Of a stretch of 64,000 nt of DNA, positions 9,301-18,153 are shown piece after piece. Within the stretch, counting starts at the first letter, position 1. Every line of letters starts with the position of its first letter. Origin of the DNA: an uncultured bacterium (GTDB lineage Bacteria > Chlamydiota > Chlamydiia > Chlamydiales > SM23-39); the NCBI GenBank assembly GCA_963716985.1, contig OY970323.1, forward strand, positions 384,001 to 448,000, given 5' to 3'. A program made the position numbers and the translations under genes. The notes beneath the pieces are model-generated. The model did no database searches, was not told the origin of the DNA, and worked only from the letters and a program-made list of their open reading frames with translations.

Positions 9301-10295
9301 AGGATCGAGCTTCGTTCTTTGGATTGAAAATAAAGGAGCATCTGATTATTCACGAAATTTTTTTCTTTGAGTATGTCGAGACTGTTTTTTGCCCATTCGG
9401 GGTAAGAACCTACAGTGGGGATGCGAATGGCCAGAACCCCTTTCCTTTTCAAAAGAGGCAGATAGACTAGGTCCATCTCATATAGTGTCGAGAGACCCTC
9501 GGTGACAAAGCTTAAGGGAACGATCAAGAGCTTTTTTCTTTTTTCACACCATGTTTCGATCTCCCGGCAGCATTCATAGGTCGAAGGGGAAAGAGGGGAG
9601 GATCTGGTTTCGTATAAATTTTGATAAGAGAGCTTGCCGAGGGCAAAGGGAAAGGCTTTGAGTATCTCTTTAAAGGAGATTTCGCACTCGCTTTGATAAA
9701 TATCTCCGTTTTCTAGGTAGTTTGAATCGATGCCGGTGCAGGAAAATAAAAGAATTGCTTCCTCTTCTTTGATCGCATTTTTCTCGAGGGACTCTCGGAT
9801 GATTTTTTGATAGCCCTCGACGAAAGCGGGATGGGCGGCAAAAGATTTGATCCATCGAAAACGATGCAAAAGCTCTTTTTTTAGATTTGCGGCAAAAAAT
9901 CTGGCGATTTGTCCGGCATGGGCATAGCTAAATTGCGGAAAAGAGGGCAGGAGGATATATTCGTCGGCGTTGCAATTTTTGATCTCTTGAAAAAACTCCG
10001 CATGTGTAGATGGCAGGTGGAGAAAGAAACAAAAGACGGGTTCTTGCAAATACTTAGCCGCTTCTTCTTTCCATTGGATGAGTTGCTCATAGGCGGGAGA
10101 TGCGTCAATGATCTGGTATTCCTTTTTAATTCGAGCGATCTCCTTGCGTATCTTTCCCAAATGGAAAAGGCGGGCAATCCACCCCTTTTTTGCAAATCCT
10201 TCCTTTCTAAAGCAGCTCTCTGTATAGGAGGTAAGTTCTCTTTCGTTTCTCGGCTCTCCAAAAGAGACGAGAATAGATGCTTTCTTTTTTCTCAT
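9297..10295 (-). CDS. Ferrochelatase-like protein, catalytic residues apparently substituted
   Basis: LVSFGEP, LLPSFPQFS, GDIY..EC, PLSFV..STLYE fit the HemH fold; usual FSAHG reads FSCTG. Confidence 0.75.
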   Translation of the reverse strand: MRKKKASILVSFGEPRNERELTSYTESCFRKEGFAKKGWIARLFHLGKIRKEIARIKKEYQIIDASPAYEQLIQWKEEAAKYLQEPVFCFFLHLPSTHAEFFQEIKNCNADEYILLPSFPQFSYAHAGQIARFFAANLKKELLHRFRWIKSFAAHPAFVEGYQKIIRESLEKNAIKEEEAILLFSCTGIDSNYLENGDIYQSECEISFKEILKAFPFALGKLSYQNLYETRSSPLSPSTYECCREIETWCEKRKKLLIVPLSFVTEGLSTLYEMDLVYLPLLKRKGVLAIRIPTVGSYPEWAKNSLDILKEKNFVNNQMLLYFQSKERSSIL

Positions 10296-10506
10296 AGATT
10301 TTTTGCTTTTTGAGGAAATTGATTGTTTTCCATTTAGAAAAAAAAGCCAAGGAAAAAGAAAGAGCGTCTTTTGGTAAGGAATTCAACAGTGCTTGCGGCA
10401 ACCTCCGCAAAATTTTAAAAAGACCCAAGCAATCAAGCCTTGTTAGGCCTGGGAAAAAATTGGATCCGCAAAGAAAGATGATGTCGCGATCTTAAGCTGG
10501 GGATTT

Positions 10507-10803
10507 TTAGCTGCGAAAGTATCTATCTACGAAAGTCAATAATACCGATCCCATAACACAGCTTGCCAAAATAGTGGCCAATTGAGCCAGAACGCTTCCG
10601 GATGAAATAGTTCCGATGGCTATAAATTGGAGGTTTATTGCTGTGCTAACGATCGACCCAATGATTGCCATACAGATCAATATGACGAAAAAAGCTTTTC
10701 TTGCAGTTTCTATAAAGGGCTCTTGCTTTGATGAACTGCCCCATCCAAAAAAAGTTATCCCTGAAGTAACTTTGGAAGATGAAAAAACGGATAAACTGGT
10801 CAT
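10507..10803 (-). CDS. Small Inc-like membrane protein
   Basis: Ser/Thr-rich N-terminus followed by a bilobed hydrophobic domain. Confidence 0.55.
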   Translation of the reverse strand: MTSLSVFSSSKVTSGITFFGWGSSSKQEPFIETARKAFFVILICMAIIGSIVSTAINLQFIAIGTISSGSVLAQLATILASCVMGSVLLTFVDRYFRS

Positions 10804-11130
10804 AAAAAACCCCGCATTTTTTATTTAAAAATAAAATCTTACGAAACCTTAACCATTTAAGACAAGGAATAAGGTTCTTTGTGAGCTTTGTGCTTATGGA
10901 ATGTTCTCAAGAGTCTTTCCTCCAATGATATTCGCAGGGGATTTTCAACTTTCGTGCGGTTGGCATTCTCATGCGACGCTGCAAAGAACTTTCTTATTGT
11001 TTTTTCAACTACGCTACTCCCTATTTGGTGACAGTTTTTAGCTATCGGAAATCAAATTATTATTTGAGAAAATATTACTGTTTTTTGCACACTATAAGAT
11101 CTTTTTTTAACTAGGAAGGGGTCAGAAAAA

Positions 11131-11784
11131 ATGAGCACAACAGCATTTTCAATCATGGGCGTAGACGTCAATTCAGAAGCAAAATGGGCTTTCGGAATGA
11201 CTTTAAGTGCAATAACACTAACAGTGGGAACTGGCATTTCGCCCTACATTACGGTACCTATTGGTCTAGTAGCTGCACTAGGAGCAGGTGTTTTATTCCA
11301 TCCAACAATAGTAGAAACAAATAAACCTAAAAACGGCAGTTGAACCGCTCCGCATGACCTGAAAATTGTAAATTTCTCTCTCAGAAATAAATTCTATCTT
11401 GAACTTTCACGCCCACCCAATAGGTGAGTGGATAAATTTGAGCAATAACATTGATTTTTAGAGGAGAATCGCGAAAGTTTTGATTGTGCGGAGCGGTTCA
11501 ACTGCCGTTTTTAGGATAAAACAATACGAGCATCAAGGAAAGTGCTAAACACAGCTGCGTTTATGGGCGGAGGATGTTTGGCAATAATTTTGTCGCTTGG
11601 ATTGCTTTGGTCTGTGCAAAAATGTATTACTTCGCACATTCCTAAAATATGTGAGGGGGCTTATCTTAGCGGTTCAGGATTTTTTCTTGTAATGGGAGGT
11701 TCTCTTTTCTCGTATGGCGCTTATTACATCTGGAAATCCATACAGAAGCCCCCTCCAAAGAAACACTGGTATGGTTTTTGGTAA
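11131..11784 (+). pseudogene. Inc-like membrane protein gene split by a MITE (152 aa when restored)
   Basis: Deleting 11326-11520 (195 bp) joins ORF 11131.. in frame with ORF 11542..11784. Confidence 0.8.
11326..11515. mobile_element. 190-bp MITE with 29-bp perfect inverted repeats and ATAAA duplication
   Basis: CCTAAAAACGGCAGTTGAACCGCTCCGCA ... TGCGGAGCGGTTCAACTGCCGTTTTTAGG flanked by ATAAA on both sides. Confidence 0.9.
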
Positions 11785-12488
11785 AGAGGAGAGGATCTGA
11801 TTTTGTAAGGATTTTGATAAGAGAGCTTGCCGAGGGCAAAGGGAAAGGCCTTGAGTATCTCTTTGAAGGAGATTTCGCACTCGCCTTGGTAAAGGTCTCC
11901 GTTTTCTAGGTAATTTGGATCGATACCCATGCAGGAAAATAAAAGAATTGCTTCCTCTTCTTTGATCGCGTTTTTTTTGAGAGATTCCCGGATGATTTTT
12001 TGATAGCCCTCGACGAAAGCGGGATGGGCGACAAAAGATTTGATCCATCGAAAACGATGCAAAAGCTCTTTTTTTAGATTTGCGGCAAAAAATCTGGCGA
12101 TTTGTCCGGCATGGGCATAGCTAAATTGCGGAAAAGAGGGCAGGAGGATATATTCGTCGGCGTTGGCATTTCTGATCTCTTGAAAAAACTCTGCATGCGT
12201 GGATGGCAGATGGAGGAAGAAACAAAAGACGGGTCCTTGCAAATATTTAGCCGCTTCTTCTTTCCATTGGATGAGTTGCTCATAGGCGGAAGCTGCGCCA
12301 ATGATCTGGTATTCCTTTTTGATTCTCGAGATCTCCTTTCGGATCTTTCCCAAATGGAAAAGGCGGGAAATCCACCCCTTTTTTGCAAATGCTTCCTCTC
12401 GAAAACAGCTCTGCACGTAGGAGGGAAGTTCTTTTTCGTTTCTCGGCTCTCCAAAAGAGACAAGAATAAATACTGTCTTCTTTTTCAT
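11724..12488 (-). pseudogene. 3'-truncated second copy of the ferrochelatase-like gene
   Basis: Homologous to 9297..10295 up to RSSPL, then runs antisense into the Inc-like gene. Confidence 0.8.
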
Positions 12489-12724
12489 AGATTTTTTGCT
12501 TTTTGAGGAAATTGATTGTTTTCCATTTAGAAAAAAAAGCCAAGGAAAAAGAAAGAGCGTCTTTTGCTAAAAACAATAGCGAGCCTTGGGTGGGTCACAA
12601 GGAGCAGCATGGAAAATTGGGTCGTCAGTACAAAGAAGCCTTGCCAACAACACTTCTTGTGCTTCCTGAGATTTTTCTTCGATTAACATACACGTGAATA
12701 CCTCGCTCACTATCATTCAGGAAT

Positions 12725-13932
12725 TTATTGTCTGAGTTCTCGAGCACATTGAGAAATTACTGCAAAATAGGGCTGAATTTCATCGATCAACGCGATCCTG
12801 GCAGCTAGGCAACATCCTGCAAATTCGATATATGAAGAAGGTTCTTTCTGGAGAGAAAATCTTCTCTTTTGACCTTCTTTGAGGAGATCAAAAGCCCTGC
12901 GAAGCAAAAGGATGTCTTCTCGAGAATCATCATTTAAAAATGGAATTGCAGTCAAATCGGACCTCGATCGAATGAATTGTTCAATCATTGCTTTTACGAA
13001 TCGTTCTTGCGCACCATGCCTTTCGTCTCGATAAAGATTGTGTACAGCTGCTTGTGATGTGGGGTCGGCAGATAAAGAAAGAAGGTCGTTTAGAAGAGTG
13101 GCGTTAACAAAGGGTATTTTAGCTCGATTGCTTGAGTATCTATCTCCCTGCATTCGTGCAGCAGCGCTTTCCCTTCTACATGCTTGGGACATTGCTTCAT
13201 TTGCTGCAAATACGTCATGTGCTACTGGCTCTGCTCCACGTATTAGTGCGTCTGCAGCTAAAATTCCAACTCCTATTGGAAATGCTGATAATCCTACATT
13301 TACTGCTACTCTCGATACCTTCATTGCTGCTAAGCCTATTTCCGTTGTTATGATTCCTGCTACCCCCCTAATCCTACTCCTACCACGCCTGATACCAGTT
13401 CTGCTGCTGCCACTTGAAACACAATCCTTTCTGTTGCTTCCCTTATTCTCATGCCCGCTGCTGTTGCTGCAAACATTCCCGCTGTTGTTGTTGCTATTAA
13501 CATTCCTGCTCTTCCTACTGCTAATCCTCCATATACTAGTGCATCTCCTACCGCAGATGTTGCTCCTCCTGTTATTGCCACTATTTCTCCTATTATCATC
13601 CCTGCGAACGACGCTCCTGCTAATCCACCATTTGCTACTGCTTCTATTGTGGCTGTCTTAAGTGCCCTTCCAGCTAAGCTGGTATAAACGCACAATTTTT
13701 CTTTAAACGTTGAGTGAAAATTTGTTACAAATTTTCGAGCTGGATCGAATGGAAGCGTGTCTTTTGCTCGCGAGAGGAAGATTGCTCGGAGCGATTGATC
13801 GGTTGAGCCAAGAGCTCGAGTGCTTCTGGGATCTAAACCAGATTTAGAGGCAATGTGGTCCAGCATCTCTGTCGGAAGAGTTGAGAGCGTTATTGGACTT
13901 GGGCTTGTTTTAGTGGTTGTTGTTGTAGTCAT
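12725..13932 (-). pseudogene. F-box-like protein with hydrophobic domain, split by a frameshift in a G6 tract
   Basis: N-terminal LSTLPTEMLDHIASKSGLDPRSTRALGSTDQSLR resembles an F-box; one extra G at 13363-13368 joins ORFs 13360..13932 and 12725..13324. Confidence 0.7.
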
Positions 13933-13938
13933 GACATC

Positions 13939-14408
13939 CTGATCGCTGGAGTTTGGACTAATTTCTGGGACCAGGAGGCGCAGAAATCAGTCTAAATTAA
14001 ACGTCATCTCCTATGATTAACCTGCAGAACAAGAGCAACAAAGGATGTTGCAGTCGAATTATCTGGGGGTTTGAGATTTTTGGACAATTTTCTCAAACCC
14101 CCGAATAAATCAAGCAATATGGTTTTCCGACAGAAATCGCTATAGAGCACAAATCAAGATTTGAACTGATTTTGTACCAGATTCAGACGCGAAATTAGTC
14201 CAAACTCCAGATCGTTACCCACAAGTATATAACATATTTACATTCAAATATTTAGAATTATGCACGTCCAAAATTACAGCAATTGCTATTTTTTGCCCCA
14301 GAAGTCGTACTTTTTCTCTCGTGAAATAGAGAGCATGAAGCATCTGTTCAATCCATCTTTTTTTCCTATTTTTCCCGGAGGAAAACAGGACTTATGGGTA
14401 ACGATCAG
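13939..14408. mobile_element. IS4-family (IS50/Tn5-like ends) non-autonomous element with 9-bp TSD CATGACATC
   Basis: Reconstructed left end CTGATCGTTACCCACAAGT; right end ACTTATGGGTAACGATCAG; CATGACATC at 13930-13938 and 14409-14417. Confidence 0.88.
13946..14210. mobile_element. 265-bp MITE nested in the left end of the IS50-like element
   Basis: Perfect 20-bp IR CTGGAGTTTGGACTAATTTC / GAAATTAGTCCAAACTCCAG with 4-bp TSD ATCG. Confidence 0.9.
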
Positions 14409-14606
14409 CATGACATCTCCGAATAAATTATTTCTTTGTTATTATATAAGATTTTGTTTTTTATTGCAATTTAAAAAATCTGTATAATAAAAATGTTATA
14501 AAAATTATTTTACAGATATGATAGGCGAGAGGACATAAATAAAGATTTAATTTAATGGTCTCATGTCGTTAGTCAAATCTCTGGACTTTCAGTTATTTTT
14601 TTAATT

Positions 14607-14626
14607 CTATGAACTTCAGTTCATAG
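14607..14626. promoter_or_regulatory. Palindromic operator-like site (copy 1)
   Basis: CTATGAACT-TC-AGTTCATAG, upstream of the -35; identical copy at 15902-15921. Confidence 0.5.
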
Positions 14627-14660
14627 TGGTTTAATCTGTTAACATTTTTTCTAATTTAGG

Positions 14661-14689
14661 TTGATATTATAAAAGAAATAATATATAAT
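14661..14689 (+). promoter_or_regulatory. sigma70/sigma66-type promoter
   Basis: TTGATA-N17-TATAAT upstream of the GGAG SD and ATG at 14724. Confidence 0.7.
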
Positions 14690-14723
14690 ATGAAAAATAT
14701 AAATAATAATATGGAGAAATTTT

Positions 14724-15626
14724 ATGACAACAAGAGTTTTTAACATTGGTTATAATTTTGTATTCGGTTTGTTTCGTCCGATGCAACAAGAAAGTGGCTT
14801 GCCTTCATTCACTCCCACTTGGATGACTGGGACCTCTTCGTCCACGCTTGCAATGATGCTGGCGACGCATCGATCTGGGATCTTTGCTCAGCCAGCACTT
14901 ATGCCCGGAACTACATTGCTTGCGCATAAAATCGCCCCGCTAGCTGGGGAAAACGGCACTTGCGACTACATAGCTGGAGAGCCACTTGGTGAACACACAT
15001 GGCTTGTATGGAATTATGCGAAGATGGGATTAAAGGCCCCTGACCGTGATGAGCTTTTGGCAAAGGCTTTTCAATTCCCCGGGGAGGAGCCTTCAGCGTG
15101 CTGTGTTGGCTCTTATTTGCGAGCGCTTGAACTGAACGTCCTGCGCCTGTTGCAGATGGGCTTCTTGAACGATGCTTCTGAACGCGCTCGATTGAAAGAA
15201 CATCTAAAGAAGGTTTTGCAAATTTTTCAATCCGCAGAATCGATTCAAGAATATTTGTGGCCGAAAATCGGGAAAAGCTTTTTCAATTTAGGTGAATTTC
15301 AAGGAGAATACAATAAAGAGTTTCGAGATTGGTCAATAAAAAAAATTGAGCGTATTCTTTCTTTTTTCGAGGAAGTTAAGCCAATTAGCTTCAGCTTGGA
15401 AGAAATAGACCTGATCCAACGACCCTGTCCTATGGTGTTTGCTTCAAATACGCTTCATGGGGAAAATTGTGGCGGAGGTAGACCTGGAGAGTTGGGGGTA
15501 AAAACAGAGGCTCTTCTCAGGCGAGACATCCAGGTGATTTACACCACTGAAACAGACGTAGCAAGGATCAAAAAAGTGCTTGAGAGTTTTAAAGTGCATG
15601 TCTTGGTATACTGCCACCAACGGTGA
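14724..15626 (+). CDS. Hypothetical protein, candidate effector (paralog A)
   Basis: 300-aa ORF with promoter and SD; paralogous to 16028..16948. Confidence 0.8.
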   Translation: MTTRVFNIGYNFVFGLFRPMQQESGLPSFTPTWMTGTSSSTLAMMLATHRSGIFAQPALMPGTTLLAHKIAPLAGENGTCDYIAGEPLGEHTWLVWNYAKMGLKAPDRDELLAKAFQFPGEEPSACCVGSYLRALELNVLRLLQMGFLNDASERARLKEHLKKVLQIFQSAESIQEYLWPKIGKSFFNLGEFQGEYNKEFRDWSIKKIERILSFFEEVKPISFSLEEIDLIQRPCPMVFASNTLHGENCGGGRPGELGVKTEALLRRDIQVIYTTETDVARIKKVLESFKVHVLVYCHQR

Positions 15627-15676
15627 AATCACAAAGCAGCCCATGAGGTGGTCAGCCGTAAGAAAAATGGAAATTG

Positions 15677-15797
15677 TCATTCGTTACCCACATCTTTGTT
15701 AAGTGTCTCAACATTAAATGGTTGAAAACTTGCGCAGCAAAATGCAACACGTTGGTTATTAATGAGATGCGAAAGATGTGGGTTGGGTAAGGATCAG
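15677..15797. mobile_element. About 120-bp IS50-like MITE (degenerate left end)
   Basis: TCGTTACCCACATCT...GGGTAAGGATCAG; body nearly identical to the reverse complement of 38642-38743. Confidence 0.8.
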
Positions 15798-15901
15798 CGA
15801 ATAAACACATAAAAAAAATTTAATGTCTCATATCGTGAGTCAAATCTCTGGACTTTAGTCCAAGACTTTAGTAGATATAACTTTCAGTTATTTTTTTAAT
15901 T

Positions 15902-15921
15902 CTATGAACTTCAGTTCATAG
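15902..15921. promoter_or_regulatory. Palindromic operator-like site (copy 2)
   Basis: Identical to 14607-14626. Confidence 0.5.
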
Positions 15922-15962
15922 TGGTTTAATTTAATTTAACCATAGCCTTTTTTATAATTTAT

Positions 15963-15991
15963 TTGATATTATAAAAGAAATAATGTATAAT
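15963..15991 (+). promoter_or_regulatory. sigma70/sigma66-type promoter
   Basis: TTGATA-N17-TATAAT. Confidence 0.7.
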
Positions 15992-16027
15992 ATAAAAATA
16001 TTAATAATATATAATATGGAGAAATTT

Positions 16028-16948
16028 ATGACATCAAGGGTTTCTAGCATTGGTTATGATTCTGTAGACGATTTGTGTCCTTCGGCGCAAGAAGAAAGTG
16101 GCTTGCCTTTATTTACTCCCACTTGGATGACTGGAACCTCTTCGTCTACGCTTGCAATGATGCTGGCGACACATCGATCTGGGATTTTTACTTGGCCAGC
16201 ACTTATGCCGGGCGCTACATTGCTTGCTCATAAAATCGCCCCGCTAGCTGGGGAAATTGGCACTTGCAACTGCATATCTGGAGTGCCACCAGACCCCGAC
16301 TGCATAGGGATTGTATGGAGTTACGCGAATAGAAGATTAAAGGCTCCTAACCGTGATAAACTTTTAGCGCGAGCCTTTCTATTCCCCGCGCAAAGGTCTC
16401 CGGAAATCTGTATCGGCCCTTATTTGGAATCGATTGAACTGAATGTCCTGCGCTTGTTGCAGATGGGCTTCTTGAACGATGCTCCTGAACGCGCTCGATT
16501 GAAAGAACACCTGGAGAAGGTTTTGCAAATTTTTCAATCCGCAGAATCGATTCAAGAATATTTGTGGCCGAAAATCGGGTATTGCTTTTCCGGTTTAGAT
16601 GAATTTCAAAACAAATACAATGAAGAGTTTCGAGAATGGTCAGTAGAAAAAATTGAGCGTATTCTTTCTTTTTTCGAGGAAGTTAAGCCAATTAGCTTCA
16701 GCGCGGAAGAAATAGACCTGATCCAACGACCCTGTCCTGTGGTGTTTGCTTCAAATACAATCCAAGTGGAACATTATGGCGGAGGTAGATATGGAAAGTT
16801 GGGAGGTAGATATGGAGAGTTGGTGGTAAAAACAGAGGCTCTTCTCGAGCGAGACCTCCAGGTGATTTACACCAATGAAATAGACGTAGAGAGGATCAAA
16901 AGAGTGGTCAAGGACTTTAAAGTGTATGTATCCTTGGCGGGCTTTTAG
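16028..16948 (+). CDS. Hypothetical protein, candidate effector (paralog B)
   Basis: Start chosen by alignment with paralog A and the GGAG SD; the upstream ATG at 15983 lies inside the promoter. Confidence 0.8.
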   Translation: MTSRVSSIGYDSVDDLCPSAQEESGLPLFTPTWMTGTSSSTLAMMLATHRSGIFTWPALMPGATLLAHKIAPLAGEIGTCNCISGVPPDPDCIGIVWSYANRRLKAPNRDKLLARAFLFPAQRSPEICIGPYLESIELNVLRLLQMGFLNDAPERARLKEHLEKVLQIFQSAESIQEYLWPKIGYCFSGLDEFQNKYNEEFREWSVEKIERILSFFEEVKPISFSAEEIDLIQRPCPVVFASNTIQVEHYGGGRYGKLGGRYGELVVKTEALLERDLQVIYTNEIDVERIKRVVKDFKVYVSLAGF

Positions 16949-17217
16949 TGGGCTACGTGAAGAACGATACGTCAACAGAGGTTCAGTGTTATTCCTCTTA
17001 TTGATCCTTCCCTACCTGAGTGTTTCTCAGTACTTACTCGCAACATGCTCACTGTCAACGACTTTTGGTCGCAGCGTCTTTGGGCGGTTTGAAATCAGTA
17101 TTGTTGCGGCTCGTCACAAATGAGGCGCGCAACCATCTAATTTCGTTGGCTCCTGTAAGCTGATTGAAGGAAAAGGCATTTGCGTGTATCTTTCTTGCAA
17201 AAAACCCAAAAAATATT

Positions 17218-18153
17218 GTGTCCCCCATTCTTTCTGTTACTCATTTGCGAAAAGTTTATCCCGGACAAAAAGAGCGGCCGGCGGTCGATGGGATCTCATT
17301 TGAGCTGAGAGAGAAAGAGATTTTAGGGCTGCTCGGCCCCAACGGATCTGGCAAAACAACCACGATCCAGATGCTTTTGGGAACGCTTTCCAAAACCTCG
17401 GGATCGATCGTTTATTTTGGAAAGGATTTCGATCAACATAGATCTTGGATTTTAGAGAATATTACCTATGCGAGCACCTATACCAGCCTTCCTTGGCTCT
17501 TGTCTGTGGGGGAAAACCTGGAGGTCATCGGGCGGCTTTATGGACTCGCTCCCAAAGAAAGCGCAAAGCGATTCCTCCCGCTCTTGGAGCGTTTTGGAAT
17601 ACTGAACCTAAAAGATCGTCCCATCAAAGCTCTTTCGGCAGGACAGGTCACGAGGGTGATGCTGGTCAAGGCCTTTTTTATCGCGCCCAAAATTGTGCTG
17701 ATGGATGAGCCTACCGCGTCTTTGGACCCGAACATCTCAAGAGAAATTTGCGACTTCATACTCGAACAAAGAGAGAAAGCCGGCATATCCATTCTGTTTA
17801 CCTCTCATAAAATGGAAGAGGTGGCGAAGCTTTGCGATCGGGTCATCTTCTTAAAAAATGGAAAGATCGTTGCCGACGATCTGCCAAAAAATCTGGCGCG
17901 GCGCAATGCCCTGTTTTGTTTGCGGCTGACCTTCGTGCAATCGATGGACCTTGCAGTTGCTTTGGCAGAAAAAAATCATCTCGCCTATAAAGTCGACCAT
18001 CGCCTGCTGGAAATTTCTATAGAGGGGGAGCAGATCCCTTCTTTCTTAAATCGATTGGCGCAAGAGGGTATACTCTATCTCAATATCCAAATCGAAGAGC
18101 CTTCTTTAGAGGATTATTTTCACACTATTTCCGGAGCAAATGATGAGTCTTAG
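17218..18153 (+). CDS. ABC transporter ATP-binding protein (ABC-2/DrrA type)
   Basis: GPNGSGKTT, LSAGQ, MDEPT; GTG start inferred. Confidence 0.92.
   Translation: MSPILSVTHLRKVYPGQKERPAVDGISFELREKEILGLLGPNGSGKTTTIQMLLGTLSKTSGSIVYFGKDFDQHRSWILENITYASTYTSLPWLLSVGENLEVIGRLYGLAPKESAKRFLPLLERFGILNLKDRPIKALSAGQVTRVMLVKAFFIAPKIVLMDEPTASLDPNISREICDFILEQREKAGISILFTSHKMEEVAKLCDRVIFLKNGKIVADDLPKNLARRNALFCLRLTFVQSMDLAVALAEKNHLAYKVDHRLLEISIEGEQIPSFLNRLAQEGILYLNIQIEEPSLEDYFHTISGANDES

Larger units (their letters stand above)
9591..12566. repeat. About 780-bp direct duplication (9591-10375 and 11784-12566) of the ferrochelatase-like 5' region and upstream DNA
   Basis: Long near-identical stretches seen by direct comparison of the two regions. 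Confidence 0.9.

Noticed and set aside
10860..11000. Imperfect inverted repeat between the two Inc-like genes
   Set aside because: Too degenerate, with no TSD or second copy to call an element
13038..13661. 207-aa Leu-rich ORF on the plus strand
   Set aside because: Antisense shadow of the Ala/Gly-rich F-box-like gene
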